Shown: piece by piece, positions 35,918 to 47,376 of the stretch | How positions within the stretch are numbered: the stretch's first letter is position 1 | Layout of the letters: every line of letters starts with the position of its first letter | From: Centroscyllium fabricii | Lineage: Eukaryota | Length of the DNA: 64,000 nucleotides | Reading direction: 5' to 3' | Assembly: GCA_051313645.2 (NCBI GenBank) | Contig: JBNRSN020000019.1 | Span: 58,528,001-58,592,000, forward strand | The notes under the pieces: model-generated | Databases searched by the model: none | What the model saw: the letters and a program-made list of their open reading frames with translations, nothing else | Told to the model about the DNA's origin: nothing | Made by a program: the position numbers and the translations under genes

Positions 35918-36232
35918 CGGGTTGAGCACCGGTAATCCGGCACCCTCAGGACCAGGCCGGTGCCGGACCACTGAAAATTCCAAACCACTGAAGGTTCGGG
36001 GGGAGCGCGCGGTACAACACTCCCCAGGAGGGAGCCCAGGGATAGAACACTTACAAAACCTAAAAAAACAGCAACCGAAATGCCCGATGCCTTTGGCGCT
36101 CGCTCACCCTTCCCGGGAAACGGTGGCGCCGCTGAGCGGCTGCTCCGCAAAATGAAGAGCGACGGTTTCGATTCGTGCCGAACCACTGAAGCTGCCGGAC
36201 CATCGGGTGCCGGATTACCGGGGCTCAACCTG
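35918..36232. mobile_element. Tc1/mariner (Tigger-like) MITE
   Basis: TIR C(A/G)GGTTGAGC(A/C)CCGGTAATCCGGCACCC; TA TSD on both sides. Confidence 0.85.
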
Positions 36233-36822
36233 TAGTTGCAAATCCACACTTCTCTCGCACTCGTGATTAAAATACCCTGTACAAGGAAAAGCTTGAAGAG
36301 TGATATTTCTCACTTTGTCTCAAATTCACAATATTTCAAACTGTGGAGCTCCCATAGTCTTTTCTCCTTCCTAAAATCTGCAGGCTTTTAAATCTTTTAG
36401 CACGGCACCACCTAGCCACCATTATAGCACAACTGAAAGTTAGTAAAGATTTTAGTATGCACAGACCAGAAAGACAGCAGGTGGAACTTTCTAACGCTGC
36501 GTGCCTCTGGCAGAGCCTTACGCACAGCGGATGACTTATTGAAAAATTGCGCGTGCGTGTCCCATGATTTTCTGTCCTCTGACATTAGTAGATGAAAAAT
36601 CACAGGCAACGCACTGCTGATTTTCCGATAAGAAAAGGGCCGAAGAAAAGTTACATGCAACATAGCTACAAAATTCATGATCCAGGTGGGATAAATCCTG
36701 AAGGAATTCTTTGCTTGACATTTTTCAGAGTTCCTAAATATTGTAGAAGTTGCCAGGGATTGGAGGATGGCAAATGTTGAATAAGACACAAACCTCATAT
36801 TTCTTTGACTCATAGAAACATA

Positions 36823-37688
36823 GGGCGCGAAATTCATGAGCGCACGGATTGGGCGCTAAATTTAGCGATGTGCTGAAATTTAGCGCCGAGGCGGCCGATA
36901 TTGGCGCTAGCGGTGGCCTTGCAGATTTTGGCGCGAATTCACGCCTTGCACGGCTTCCAGGCAGCCAATATATTGCCACTAATGGCCGTTCCCGGGCGCA
37001 GCACTCCCTCACTAACTGCTTGCTTCCCCCTGGCCTCTGCAGCCGATTAGGCCTTAAAGGGGAAGCAGAACAGCCTATTTCCCTCCCCGTTCTCTCATCA
37101 TCTGCCAACCGCGGGCCATCAGCAGTCGCGGCCATCCCTTCCCCCCTCCCCGCTCTCCGATTAGCAGCCGATGTCCTCCCCCACTCCCCGATCTCCAATT
37201 AGCAGCCGATCTCCTCCCCCGAACTCTCCAATTAGCAGCCGATCTCCTCCCCCCCCAACCATCTCCGATTAGCAGCCGATCTCCTCCCCCCCTCTCCGCT
37301 CTCCGCTCAACTGGCCCATCGGGACGCCTCCCCTGCTCTCTGAGCAACTGGCCGATCTCGGGCCGAAGAGGGAGGGTGGCCCTTTTAGCAGCGCTGCAGC
37401 GGCCACTCAAACCCGCTGCAGCACTTGCAAAAGCTGGCGCTAATATGGCGGGGGGCGGTGGAAAGGCGCTAAGCCCAATATCGGGTGCAGCCCGCCGGGC
37501 AGGCATTGCGCACGCATTGTCATGACGATCGATGATCGCCAGGCAGCGCAGCGCTAACGTTTAGCGCCGGCGCTAACTGCTAGGCCAATTTAGCACCCGG
37601 CGCTAATTTGGGTGCTACGTCGGCGCTGGCCCATTAGCGCCGATTTTCAGCGCTAATGGGCCAGCGCTAAGGCGCCAATTTTGTGGCC
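36823..37688. mobile_element. Harbinger-type MITE (copy 2 of the 12708-13660 family), inserted in a CR1 tail microsatellite
   Basis: End-to-end homology with copy 1; TSD ATA; flanked by CATAGAAA repeats. Confidence 0.82.
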
Positions 37689-38380
37689 ATAGAAACATAG
37701 AAGATAGGAGCAGAAGTAGGACATTCGGCCCCTCGAGCCTGCTCCGCCATTCAATGAGATCATGGCTGATCATCCAAACTCAGTACCCTGTCCCTGCCTT
37801 TTCCCCATATCCCTTGACCCCTTTAGCCTTAAGAGATATATCTAACTCCTTCTTGAATATATTTAATGAATTGGCCTCAACTGCCTTCTGTGGTAGAGAA
37901 TTCCACAGGTTCACCACTCTCTGGGTGAAGAAATTCCTCCTCATCTCTGTCCTAAATGGCTTACCCCTTATCGTTAGACTGTGACCCCTGGTTCTGGACT
38001 CCCCCGCCTTTGGCAACATCCTTCCTGCATCTAGTCTGTCTAGTCCTGATAGAATTTTATAAGTTTCAATGAGATCCCCTCTCATTCTTCTAAACTTCAG
38101 CGAGTATAAGCCCAATCAACCCAATCTCTCCTCATACGTCATTCCTGCCATCCCAGTTATCAGTTTGGTGAATCTTCACTACACTTCCTCCATGGCAAGA
38201 ATATCCTTCCTCAGATAAGGCGACCAAAACTGCACACAAGATGTGGTTTCACCAAGGCCCTGTACAACTGCAGCAAGACATCCTTGTTCCTGTACTTGAA
38301 CCCTCTCGCTACGAAGGCCAACATACCATTTGCCTTCTTAACCGCCTGCTGCACCTTCAGTGACTGGTGCACAAGGACAC
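37689..38380 (-). mobile_element. 5'-truncated CR1 LINE
   Basis: ORF 37780..38115 (RRMRGDLIETYKI, RTRGH); homologous to 11757-12470. Confidence 0.9.
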
Positions 38381-40041
38381 TCAGCTCGCAAAGCATCCCA
38401 GCATACAGGCACCCATGGATACCTGGTGGTGTGGCTTGTACCCAGACTCCCATTGACCAGAGGTAGGCTGAAGATAGGCAAGTAAGTTTTTGTGTTTAAT
38501 TTAACTCCCCACCATCCCCACTCCACCACCATGCTCGCATGATTTGAGTCTCTTGGGCCTTCTGGCTGCTAATCTCCAGAGGAAAATGTGTCCTTAGTCC
38601 TGTTGAATGTGAGAGTCACCAAGGTGCCTGGCATTTCTACTGTGAGATATTGTGGCAACATCTACCAACTGCTTTGCCATCAACAGGAAGGAAATCAGCT
38701 GGCTAGTCAGTGACATCCCTGGCCAGTCTTGTTTTGGAACAATGTCCATAGTTCCTCAGCCCTGATTGTGATTCTATTTTATCTACACAAGAGAAAAGGC
38801 AAAAAAATCAACATCTTGGCAGAATCACGTCAGGAGCCAGATTACTACCAACAATAAAGTACTCATGGTAACTGTGAAAAGATGAAGCATTTTTGTCTAT
38901 GATGTATTATGATATGGGTTTACTTCTTTCTTGTTGTGGTATGTGCAGGGTTAACATTGCCAAAGGTGGTGTGTAAATAGGGTCAATTGCATTTCAATTC
39001 CATTTCCAGACCCCAGAACCTGATGATTTTGGATCTGAATTGCAGTTCTCAGATCACAGTGTAAATGAAGTCTTCTAAATTTAGGTCTCAAAGGGCAAAA
39101 GGGTAACTTTTTAAATATTTCAGATTGTTCCCTGATTAGTTGTCCCTCCCAGAGATAATAAGGCGAAAAATACGTTTAATTGCTTGAAACTGTTTTTGTT
39201 CACATGCAGCGTGACATCATAACATCATCACATTAATAAGTCTCTAAGGGTTTGGAGGCGCCAGTGTGAATGCCCTCACTAAAATCAAAGCAAATGCTTG
39301 AGTGGTCTGCACTGAGTTCGCCCAATGGAGACTAAATATACCATTTAAAAAATGACCCAATGTGACTGGTGCCCATCAGCACAAGAACTGAGATGCTGCA
39401 TCTGTACTTCGCTGTAATATAATAAAAGGTAGTCTTAATATGCTATTACTTGTTAATTGCAAAGATATTAACATTGGTCTATCCCACAAAGCATTTCCCA
39501 ATACCTATCTGCTTAGATATTGGTCTATTTAATCTGGCTAACTGTCAGTTTGACATCGCGGTTCAATAGGGACAGACCGAGAGATCAGTTGGATGTCTTT
39601 GAACACTAATGTAAGTGGCAGCTGTGTGTGTGCTTGTGGGTAAACATTGTTTTAATTCGCTTTTGTTCTAGGAAATTAGGGAAGATTTGAGTCAAGTCTA
39701 TGTGGGGGGGAAGCTCCATGGTTCTCTGTTAATTTCATGTGCTGCTCTGTAGCCGTTCAGAAGCTGCTCACTGGGGCTTTATATTTGGCAATTCACACCC
39801 AGCCTATCAATCCTTCTGAAGCTATCAGAGAGAGAGAGAGACAGGAGCTCCTCGGATAAGGTTCTCATCAAGGACTTTGCTTTATGTCCAGTTTTAATTT
39901 GAGTTTTAGTGCAGGAGACATGACTGTTTATTATTTTCTATATTCTGAGGAGTAATGCTAAGTCTATGGGGGTGAAATTGGTGAACACCTGTAGCACAAA
40001 GTGGGCTGATAATGAATCGGCAGCCCATTTTATACCACGTC

Positions 40042-40324
40042 TGATGTGCCTTCAATAACTACAAAACTAGAAGTTATAGACTTAAACAGAAAGGCTTTTA
40101 ATCACTAAGAATTAGAGCTCACATCTCAATGGGCCGGCTGCCACACAGGAATGAGTTATACAGATCCTGGATCTTTATGTAAGGTAAGCCAGGGGCGGAG
40201 CCAAAGCCAATTCCTGGAATCTCCCAGGTTTAGTCAGGAAACAGGAAGTGAAACTATACACAGTGGGGGAGGGTAATATACATGGGTGCAAAACGAATAC
40301 ATACAGACAACAGATTTCATTACA
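40042..40324 (-). mobile_element. Solo LTR (283 bp) inserted in an old palindromic MITE
   Basis: TG...CA termini; flanks ACGTC and GCATC are consistent with a CpG-decayed GCGTC TSD; minus-strand ATTAAAAGCC as in elements A and F. Confidence 0.65.
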
Positions 40325-40401
40325 GCATCCAATTTTCTTTTCCATTGACTTCCAATGTCCCGTCAATCTCATTAACATACACCTAATGTAAAAATGGATG
40401 T

Positions 40402-43400
40402 TGTAGCGCCGGCAGGGCCTAGAAACCACGCGTGAGCCAGAGAGCTAGAGAAAACACTTCTTTAATGCAGTTGAGTTAAACAGGAAAGAGAGTGAACCAC
40501 TCACAACAAGCTTATTTAAACTGCCCGCCGTTGGTGACGTCATCACGCAGGTAGACGTGGTGACGTCGTCGCGTCACCCGGATGAGCGGGGCTCTGCTCT
40601 GCGGAGTTCCCGTGGCGGATTCGGTGTCCCAGTGGGCGTGCCGCCACACAGCTCCGCCCAGAATCCATCCGGGAGTAATATAAAAGTGTCTATGTGAGCC
40701 GCTGGGGTGGCCGGATGATGCGGCCGGCCCGTGTTGCGTGTTGCTTCTGGTTCTGCGGTGGAGCGTGGGCAGGTGTTGTTGCGGGAGGGCGTCCGCGTTG
40801 CGGTGGTTGTGCGGGGACTGTCGTCTCACCCGCTATAACGTGTGCCGGCTTGAGCCGGTCTATTGTAACAGTTTCTGTCCTGTTGCCCATTTGCAGCTGG
40901 AAAGCTTTAGCTCCCGCCCGAAGCACTCTATAGGGGCCATCGTATGGTGGCTGTAGTGGAGATCGGTGTCCGTCGCACCGGACGAACACGAATTTTGCCT
41001 TTTTGATGCCGTCCGGTACTCGTGCTGCCGGCTCTCCGTGCCGGGCCACTGGCAGTGGCTGGAAAGCTTGTGCCGGGTTGGCAAAGTCTTTTAAATACTG
41101 GTCGGCTGACCAGGGAGCGTTTGGTTCGGCTAAAAATTTGCCCGGCACTGTTAGGGCTTGGCCGTAAACGAGTTCTGCTGCCGAGGCGTTTAGGTCCTCT
41201 TTGACTGCCGAGCGCAGCCCGAGGAGGACCCATGGGAGACGGTCAGTCCAAGACGCGTCCTTGAGGGTGGCTCGCAGTGATGCCTTCATCGATCGGTGGA
41301 ACCGTTCGCAGAGCCCGTTCGCTTGTGGGTGGTATGCGGTGGTTCGATGTAAGGTTACCCCGAGGTCGCGGGCGATGGCCGCCCATAGTGCTGACGTGAA
41401 CTGGGGTCCTCTGTCGGAGGTGATGTCGGTGGGCACGCCGAAGCGGGCGACCCAGGTGGCGATGAACGCCCTGGCCAGGTCTGTGGTGCCGGTGGCAGCG
41501 AGGGGGACTGCTTCTGGCCAGCGAGTGTTGCGGTCGACCATGGTCATTACATGCGTGTGGCCCCGGGATGGCGGTAGTGGCCCGACGAGATCAATGTGGA
41601 CGTGGTCAAAACGTCTGGCCGGCACTTTAAATGCTTCCAGCGGTGCCCTGATGTGCTTATGCACTTTGGAGCGCTGGCAGGCAATGCAGGAGTTGGCCCA
41701 GGCGCGGACGTCTTTGCGCAGGCCGCGCCATACGAACCGGGCCGAGATGAGTTTAATCGACGCGCGGGTGCCGGGGTGGGACAGGTCATGGAGGGTCTTA
41801 AAAATGTGTCGCCTCCAAGCATGGGGGACGACGGGCCTGGGCTGCGGCAGGGACACGTCGCAGCAGACGACGGTGGCAGCGGGGCCATGCACGATGTTGG
41901 CCAAGTGGAGGCCGGGGAGAGTTGCTGCTAAGTTGAGCAGGTCCGGGTCGGCCAGCTGGTCAGCGGCCAGCTGGGCGTAATCGACCGCCATTTGGGCGGC
42001 GTTAATGGTGGGGCGTGAGAGGCAGTCAGCGACCACGTTGTCGCGGCCGGAGATATGCTGAATGTCGGTCGTGAACTCCGACACGGCCGCGAGCTGGAGC
42101 TGCTGCCTGGCCGACCAGGGTTCGGCGACCTTAGCTATCGCGAAGGTGAGTGGCTTATGGTCGACGAAGGCTGTGAAATGGTGGCCCTCCAGGAGGAAGC
42201 GAAAATGTCGCACTGCCAGATGGAGAGCGAGTAGCTCCCTATCGAAAGCACTGTACTTGACCTCTGGGGGCCGGAGCTGCCGGCTGAAAAAGGCTAGGGG
42301 CTGCCACGAGTTGCCGGTCCACTGCTCAAATACGGCCCCGACCGCGTGGTCTGAGGCGTCGGTGGTGAGGGCTACTCTGGCGTTGGGCCTAGGGTGGGTT
42401 AGGAGGGTGGCGTTAGCCAGGGCGGTTTTAGTTGCGGTGAAGGCGGTGGCGGCATCGGCCGTCCACTCGACCGCAGCCTTGTTGGACTGCCCGCGTGTGG
42501 CCTGGTATAAGGGGGCCATGAGAGCGGCTGCTCCCGGGATAAAGCGGTTATAAAAATTGACCATCCCCAGAAATTCCTGCAACCCCTTAATGGAGCGCGG
42601 GCGGGGGAATTCCTGGACCGCCTGCACCTTGGCGGGCAGGGGTATGGCCCCGGTTTGGGAAATGCGGTGGCCGAGGAAGTCAATGGTTTCGAGGCCGAAT
42701 TTACACTTGGTCGGGCTTAATATAAGGCCGTGTTCGACCAGGCGCTGGAACAGGGTCCTGAGGTGCAGGAGGTGTTCCTGGGGGGAGGTGCTGGCCACGA
42801 GGATGTCGTCTAAGTAGACGAAAATGAACTTCAAGTCCCGTAGGACCAAGTCCATGAGGCGCTGGAAGGCCTGGGCCGCGTGTTTAAGGCCGAAGGGCAT
42901 CCTGAGGAACTCGAAGAGCCCGAAGGGAGTGATCACGGCCGTTTTGGGAATGTCCGCCGGGTGCACGGGAACCTGGTGGTAGCCACGCACCAGGTCGATC
43001 TTGGAGAAGATCGTGCAGCCCGCTAATCTGGTGGAAAAATCCTGGATGTGGGGTACGGGGTACCTATCCGGGGTAGTGGCATTATTAAGGTGGCGGTAGT
43101 CGCCGCAGGGGCGCCAACCCCCGCCCGACGTAGGGGCTATGTGGAGAGGAGAGGCCCAGGGGCTGTTGGAGCGGCGGATTATACCGAGTTGCTCCATGGT
43201 GCGGAACTCGGTGCGCGCGATCTCCTGTTTGGCCGGGTCGAGCCTGCGGCCGTGGGCATGGACGGGAGGGCCTGTGGTGGTAATAAAGTGTTCTACCCCG
43301 TGTTTGGCCCGGCGGGCGGTGAACGTGGGGTTGGTTAGGGCGGGGAACTCAGCTAGGAGTGTGCCATAGGCATCGGAGTTCCGAGAGCGGCATTGGGCTG

Positions 43401-44826
43401 CCGCGTGGGCCAGGAGTGCGGGCCCTGTGGAGCATGGGATGGTCGACATGTTATTAATGTTGACCAAGCGGCGCCGGGTCACATCGACCAGCAGGCCGTA
43501 GGCGCAGAGGAAATCTGCCCCGAGGAGGGGTGAAGTGACCTGGGCTGTGACGAAGTCCCAGGTATACGTGTGGCCTGCAAGTGTAATTATGAGCTTGCGG
43601 GTGCCGTACGTTTTAATATTGGAGCCGTTGGCCGCTGCGAGTGGCGGGCCCCGGGTGCCTTGTTTGGTTTCTGCAGGGGAGGCTGGCACGATGCTGTGCT
43701 GCGCGCCTGTGTCGCAGAGGAACCTGAGTTCTGTGCCTCTGTCTGTAACAAAGAGCAGTGCTCCTGTGTGTCCTACAGACATAGTGGGGGCTGGGGTGGG
43801 CCGTGGCTTAAATGCGCATGGCTGGACGCAGCGGTGCGCTTTACTATCGAACCGCGTGTGGTAGTAGCACCAGCCGGTGCTAGAGGGACGCGGTTGCCTG
43901 GGTGGGCGCGGGGCCCTAGGTTCAGGCGTAAAGTTAGGCCTGGGGGGTGATTGGTTGCGCTCTACCGATGCGGAGTTAGGGTCGCACGTGGTTGAGCGGA
44001 TGCGCTGTGCCTCCATGAGCCTGTCGGCTTCCTCAGCGAGCTCGTCGTCGCTCCGTTGGCCAAGGGCCGCCAAGGCCGGTCTGATGGAGCGGGGCAGTTT
44101 AAGGAGGAAGACGGTGCGGAACAGGGAGGCGGGATTGGCTGTAAGCGCTTGCATCTGACCCAAAAGGTCCGATGGGTCTGCGTCCCCGAGTTCGGGGAGG
44201 TCAAGGAGCTGGCAGTCGCGCTCAAATTGAGAGGGGGTAAAAAAAATTATAAGCGCGGCCTTAAGGGACTCGTACCTGTCTGTAGTGGGCACACGCTGTA
44301 TTTTTGACCACATCCGATCGATCGGCGACTGCGGTAGGGCTGAGAAGACCAGGTCGTAGCGGTCGTCCTCCTGGATGCCATGTGTGCGGCAGCTGGTCTC
44401 GATGCACATAAACCAGGCCGCTAGCCGTTGCTCCCAGAACTCTGGCAGTGTAAGTCTGTGCCCGAAGTTCTGGCCAAGTCCTTGGGTTCGTGGAGCTTGG
44501 TTCCTTGCTCTTGACATGTTTTCCCTTTTAAATTGTTCTTTGGCTGGTGATCCTTGATCCTGCGGCAGCTTTTTTTCTTTGGAAGTCGTTCCAATTCGGG
44601 GTCACCACTGTAGCGCCGGCAGGGCCTAGAAACCACGCGTGAGCCAGAGAGCTAGAGAAAACACTTCTTTAATGCAGTTGAGTTAAACAGGAAAGAGAGT
44701 GAACCACTCGCAACAAGCTTATTTAAACTGCCCGTCGTTGGTGACGTCGCGTCACCCAGATGAGCGGGGCTCTGCTCCGTGGAGTTCCCGTGGCGGATTC
44801 GGTGTCCCAGTGGGCGTGCCGCCACA
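40402..44826 (-). mobile_element. CsRn1-type Gypsy element D, full length; LTRs 44609-44826 (5') and 40402-40648 (3')
   Basis: TSD ATGT; PBS TGGTGACCCCG (tRNA-Trp type); LTRs differ by a ~29-bp indel. Confidence 0.93.
40690..44517 (-). CDS. Intact 1275-aa Gag-PR-RT-RH-IN polyprotein of element D
   Basis: WCYYH...C..PC gag motif, LCDTGA, YLDD, TDAS...DREL, HHCC, HIDLVGP/TSDRG/NGLCER, GPY. Confidence 0.93.
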   Translation of the reverse strand: MSRARNQAPRTQGLGQNFGHRLTLPEFWEQRLAAWFMCIETSCRTHGIQEDDRYDLVFSALPQSPIDRMWSKIQRVPTTDRYESLKAALIIFFTPSQFERDCQLLDLPELGDADPSDLLGQMQALTANPASLFRTVFLLKLPRSIRPALAALGQRSDDELAEEADRLMEAQRIRSTTCDPNSASVERNQSPPRPNFTPEPRAPRPPRQPRPSSTGWCYYHTRFDSKAHRCVQPCAFKPRPTPAPTMSVGHTGALLFVTDRGTELRFLCDTGAQHSIVPASPAETKQGTRGPPLAAANGSNIKTYGTRKLIITLAGHTYTWDFVTAQVTSPLLGADFLCAYGLLVDVTRRRLVNINNMSTIPCSTGPALLAHAAAQCRSRNSDAYGTLLAEFPALTNPTFTARRAKHGVEHFITTTGPPVHAHGRRLDPAKQEIARTEFRTMEQLGIIRRSNSPWASPLHIAPTSGGGWRPCGDYRHLNNATTPDRYPVPHIQDFSTRLAGCTIFSKIDLVRGYHQVPVHPADIPKTAVITPFGLFEFLRMPFGLKHAAQAFQRLMDLVLRDLKFIFVYLDDILVASTSPQEHLLHLRTLFQRLVEHGLILSPTKCKFGLETIDFLGHRISQTGAIPLPAKVQAVQEFPRPRSIKGLQEFLGMVNFYNRFIPGAAALMAPLYQATRGQSNKAAVEWTADAATAFTATKTALANATLLTHPRPNARVALTTDASDHAVGAVFEQWTGNSWQPLAFFSRQLRPPEVKYSAFDRELLALHLAVRHFRFLLEGHHFTAFVDHKPLTFAIAKVAEPWSARQQLQLAAVSEFTTDIQHISGRDNVVADCLSRPTINAAQMAVDYAQLAADQLADPDLLNLAATLPGLHLANIVHGPAATVVCCDVSLPQPRPVVPHAWRRHIFKTLHDLSHPGTRASIKLISARFVWRGLRKDVRAWANSCIACQRSKVHKHIRAPLEAFKVPARRFDHVHIDLVGPLPPSRGHTHVMTMVDRNTRWPEAVPLAATGTTDLARAFIATWVARFGVPTDITSDRGPQFTSALWAAIARDLGVTLHRTTAYHPQANGLCERFHRSMKASLRATLKDASWTDRLPWVLLGLRSAVKEDLNASAAELVYGQALTVPGKFLAEPNAPWSADQYLKDFANPAQAFQPLPVARHGEPAARVPDGIKKAKFVFVRCDGHRSPLQPPYDGPYRVLRAGAKAFQLQMGNRTETVTIDRLKPAHVIAGETTVPAQPPQRGRPPATTPAHAPPQNQKQHATRAGRIIRPPQRLT

Positions 44827-45468
44827 ATGTAAACATGTGACAATCAGCATAAACAAACGGTGCTAAGCTCAGAACTCACTCCATATATTCTCTCTCTTTA
44901 AGTATGACAATTATAGTTTCCAGTCATCTAACCATTGTTCATGCACATTAGGCACAGCATGTTTATGAAAATGCAATCAATTTTTAATGTGACATAACTG
45001 ATGCCATAATAATGTATCTAAGGAAACAAAATACAGAGCAGATAGATCTCAGTGAGGATTTAAAAAATCAAATGCTCAAAATAGCAGTAAGGCAACAGAA
45101 AAATGATTTGGGGCTAGAAATGTGTTATAGCCAAAGAATGGACAGTGTCAGTTGAAAAGTAGAAGAATTGGCGCCAGGCGTAAATGCTTTAGACTGCACG
45201 CAAAATTCATCCTCACTGCTCAATAAAATGATTGGAGTCCTAAATCAAATCTTAAAACCCAAGCTTATTGGCGTTAGACTTAAAGGGTGGACCAATATTG
45301 GGTTCAGTCTAATCGCAACTCATCATCGCCACAGGCTTTTTTCACTACTTAAAGGGGAGGCTCATTGATGCTGCAGCACCTCATTCTCAGCATTGCTGGC
45401 GGTGTAGCTACCTCAGCAAGCATAAGTAGAACAAGGAGAAGGAGCCGGAGGACTGAACCAGGTGTGCT

Positions 45469-45710
45469 CATGGCAGATCCATGCCCAGAGAGAGAGCCCG
45501 CAGATTCTCCAATGAAGCATTGGAGGCATTGGTTTTCGCTATGGAGAGACGGAGAGCGGTGCTCTACCCGGCAAGTGGCAGGAGGCACTCCCCACAAGTC
45601 TTCCACACCATGTGGAGGGAGGTAGCGCACCACATCTGAGGCAGCATGTGGTCCCCAGGACCCACACACAGTGCTGGAAAGAATTTAACAACATCACTCG
45701 GGTGGTCAGA
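45469..45710 (+). pseudogene. Harbinger Myb/SANT-like DNA-binding protein remnant
   Basis: Manual translation RARRFSNEALEALV...WREVA...RTHTQCWKEFNNITR, followed by a GTGAGT donor; contains a stop and a frameshift. Confidence 0.72.
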
Positions 45711-45999
45711 GTGAGTCAGTGCTTCAAAAATGCAACATGCCACCATCTGAACCACAATCTTCACACACTGCCCAAAGCACCACACCCCCAGCACTCACCC
45801 ACCAACAATCTCTACCTAGCAACACTCGCACACACATCTCACACCTTGCACACAAGGACAGCTATTCAAATATGGAAGGCACAAGTGTCATTAGCTATTA
45901 TAATTCATGTGATATGTATGATAATTTTATAGATAAATTTATTAATGGTCTTTGGAATATTTTGTGTCTCTCTCATTTCACATTTACGCCCAGGATACG

Positions 46000-46776
46000 C
46001 TGTGATATGCCATGAGACAGGGATTGTATGATGGGGATGTGGTGAGCTACAGGGATCTGGGGTTTCATTCATGTAAATCGGAATCTGATGAGCTGGCAAC
46101 GGACAGCCCATCCATAATGTCGACTGTCTCGCTGCCTCCTTCCTCCCTCCTGTTCCTCTCCCTCCTCGTCCTCTTCCTCCTTATCCTCCTCCTCCTCATC
46201 ATCCTCCAGGATTGTTATGCAGTGCTTGCAAAGCCACGTGGGTACAGTCGATGGTACCCTGCACCATGGGGAAGCCTGCTATGCTAGCAAAGCCACATGC
46301 ACTCTCATCCTGTTTTTCTCTGGTGATCGGGAAGCCAATGTAATCCCTTCTCCTGCTGCAGAGAGCCTCGGTGGTTCCCGGCTGCAGAGATGGACGGCGA
46401 ACTGTGAGATGTTAGCTATGTCTCCTGCTGCAGACTGGAAGGATCTGCTGGTGAAGAAATTGAGGGCCACAGTGACCTTGACTGCCGTTGGGAGAGCTGT
46501 GGTCATCTTGGTCTGAGGCTGGAGGTCTGGTTGCAGGAGGTGGCACAGTTCAGTGACCACCTCCTTGGTGAAGTGGAGCATTCTAATACACTGCTCCTCG
46601 CTTAGTTGGAGGTAGGAGAAGTACTCTTGGAATACTCTCAGAGGGTAAGGCCTCCTGTTGAGAGCCGTCATGGCCCTCCTCCTCCCTCAGGACACATGTT
46701 CCAGATTTCTCGCTGCCTCCGCTCCCTCCTCTGTAGATCCTGGAGGGCAAGGTTGATTGCCGGTACAGCCCCCATT
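46000..46776 (-). pseudogene. HARBI1-like transposase remnant
   Basis: LSEEQCIRMLHFTKE...LCHLL...ALPTAVKVTVALNFF...SFQ...GDIANISQ; DDE core not seen. Confidence 0.78.
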
Positions 46777-47376
46777 AATGTTACCAAGTGTGGTAGTTTA
46801 ATAAATGTCGCTACTTTTTAGTTGCTACAACACTCCTGATACAAAATAACCTTGAAATTACTGAATTAAACTGCTGGACCATGTGAAACTGACAAGAAAC
46901 CATTGAAACTGCAGTAACTTGACAGCTGTGAGTCATTATTGATGATCCCTTTAAATAACGTCTCTGGGGCCAGCTTCCTGGTGCTTCATGCCAGCTCTCC
47001 CTGTCGGTGTTTACTCCAGGCACTAAGGTAGGTGCCAACAATCAATTTTGCAGATTGGGCAATAAGTGAGAGTTTTACACTCACTGACATCACGATCCTG
47101 CTGCCGTTAACATTCCCGGTGATACCTCTTTCCGGCAGCTCTACGGGCCGGGGGGTTGGCAGGATTTTGCGTGTGGTACTGGATTCACCTCACCCTGGTG
47201 ATACTGCTCTGGCGCCCCATTTGCACCATCTGCTGGTGCTAACGGGAGGCGCTAAGGGGACAAATTTTTCCCCGTTTGTTCCTGCTGTGCCTAAAATTCT
47301 GGACTTAATTTTACATCATTTTGCACCAGTGTAGTTATACGAAAGTCACATGTATGACTCGTTAACCTATGTGCAG

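Larger units (their letters stand above)
45110..47272. mobile_element. Decayed, internally deleted autonomous Harbinger transposon
   Basis: Convergent Myb/SANT-like (+) and transposase (-) remnants; degenerate termini GGGGCTAGAAAT / AAATTTTTCCCC. Confidence 0.75.
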
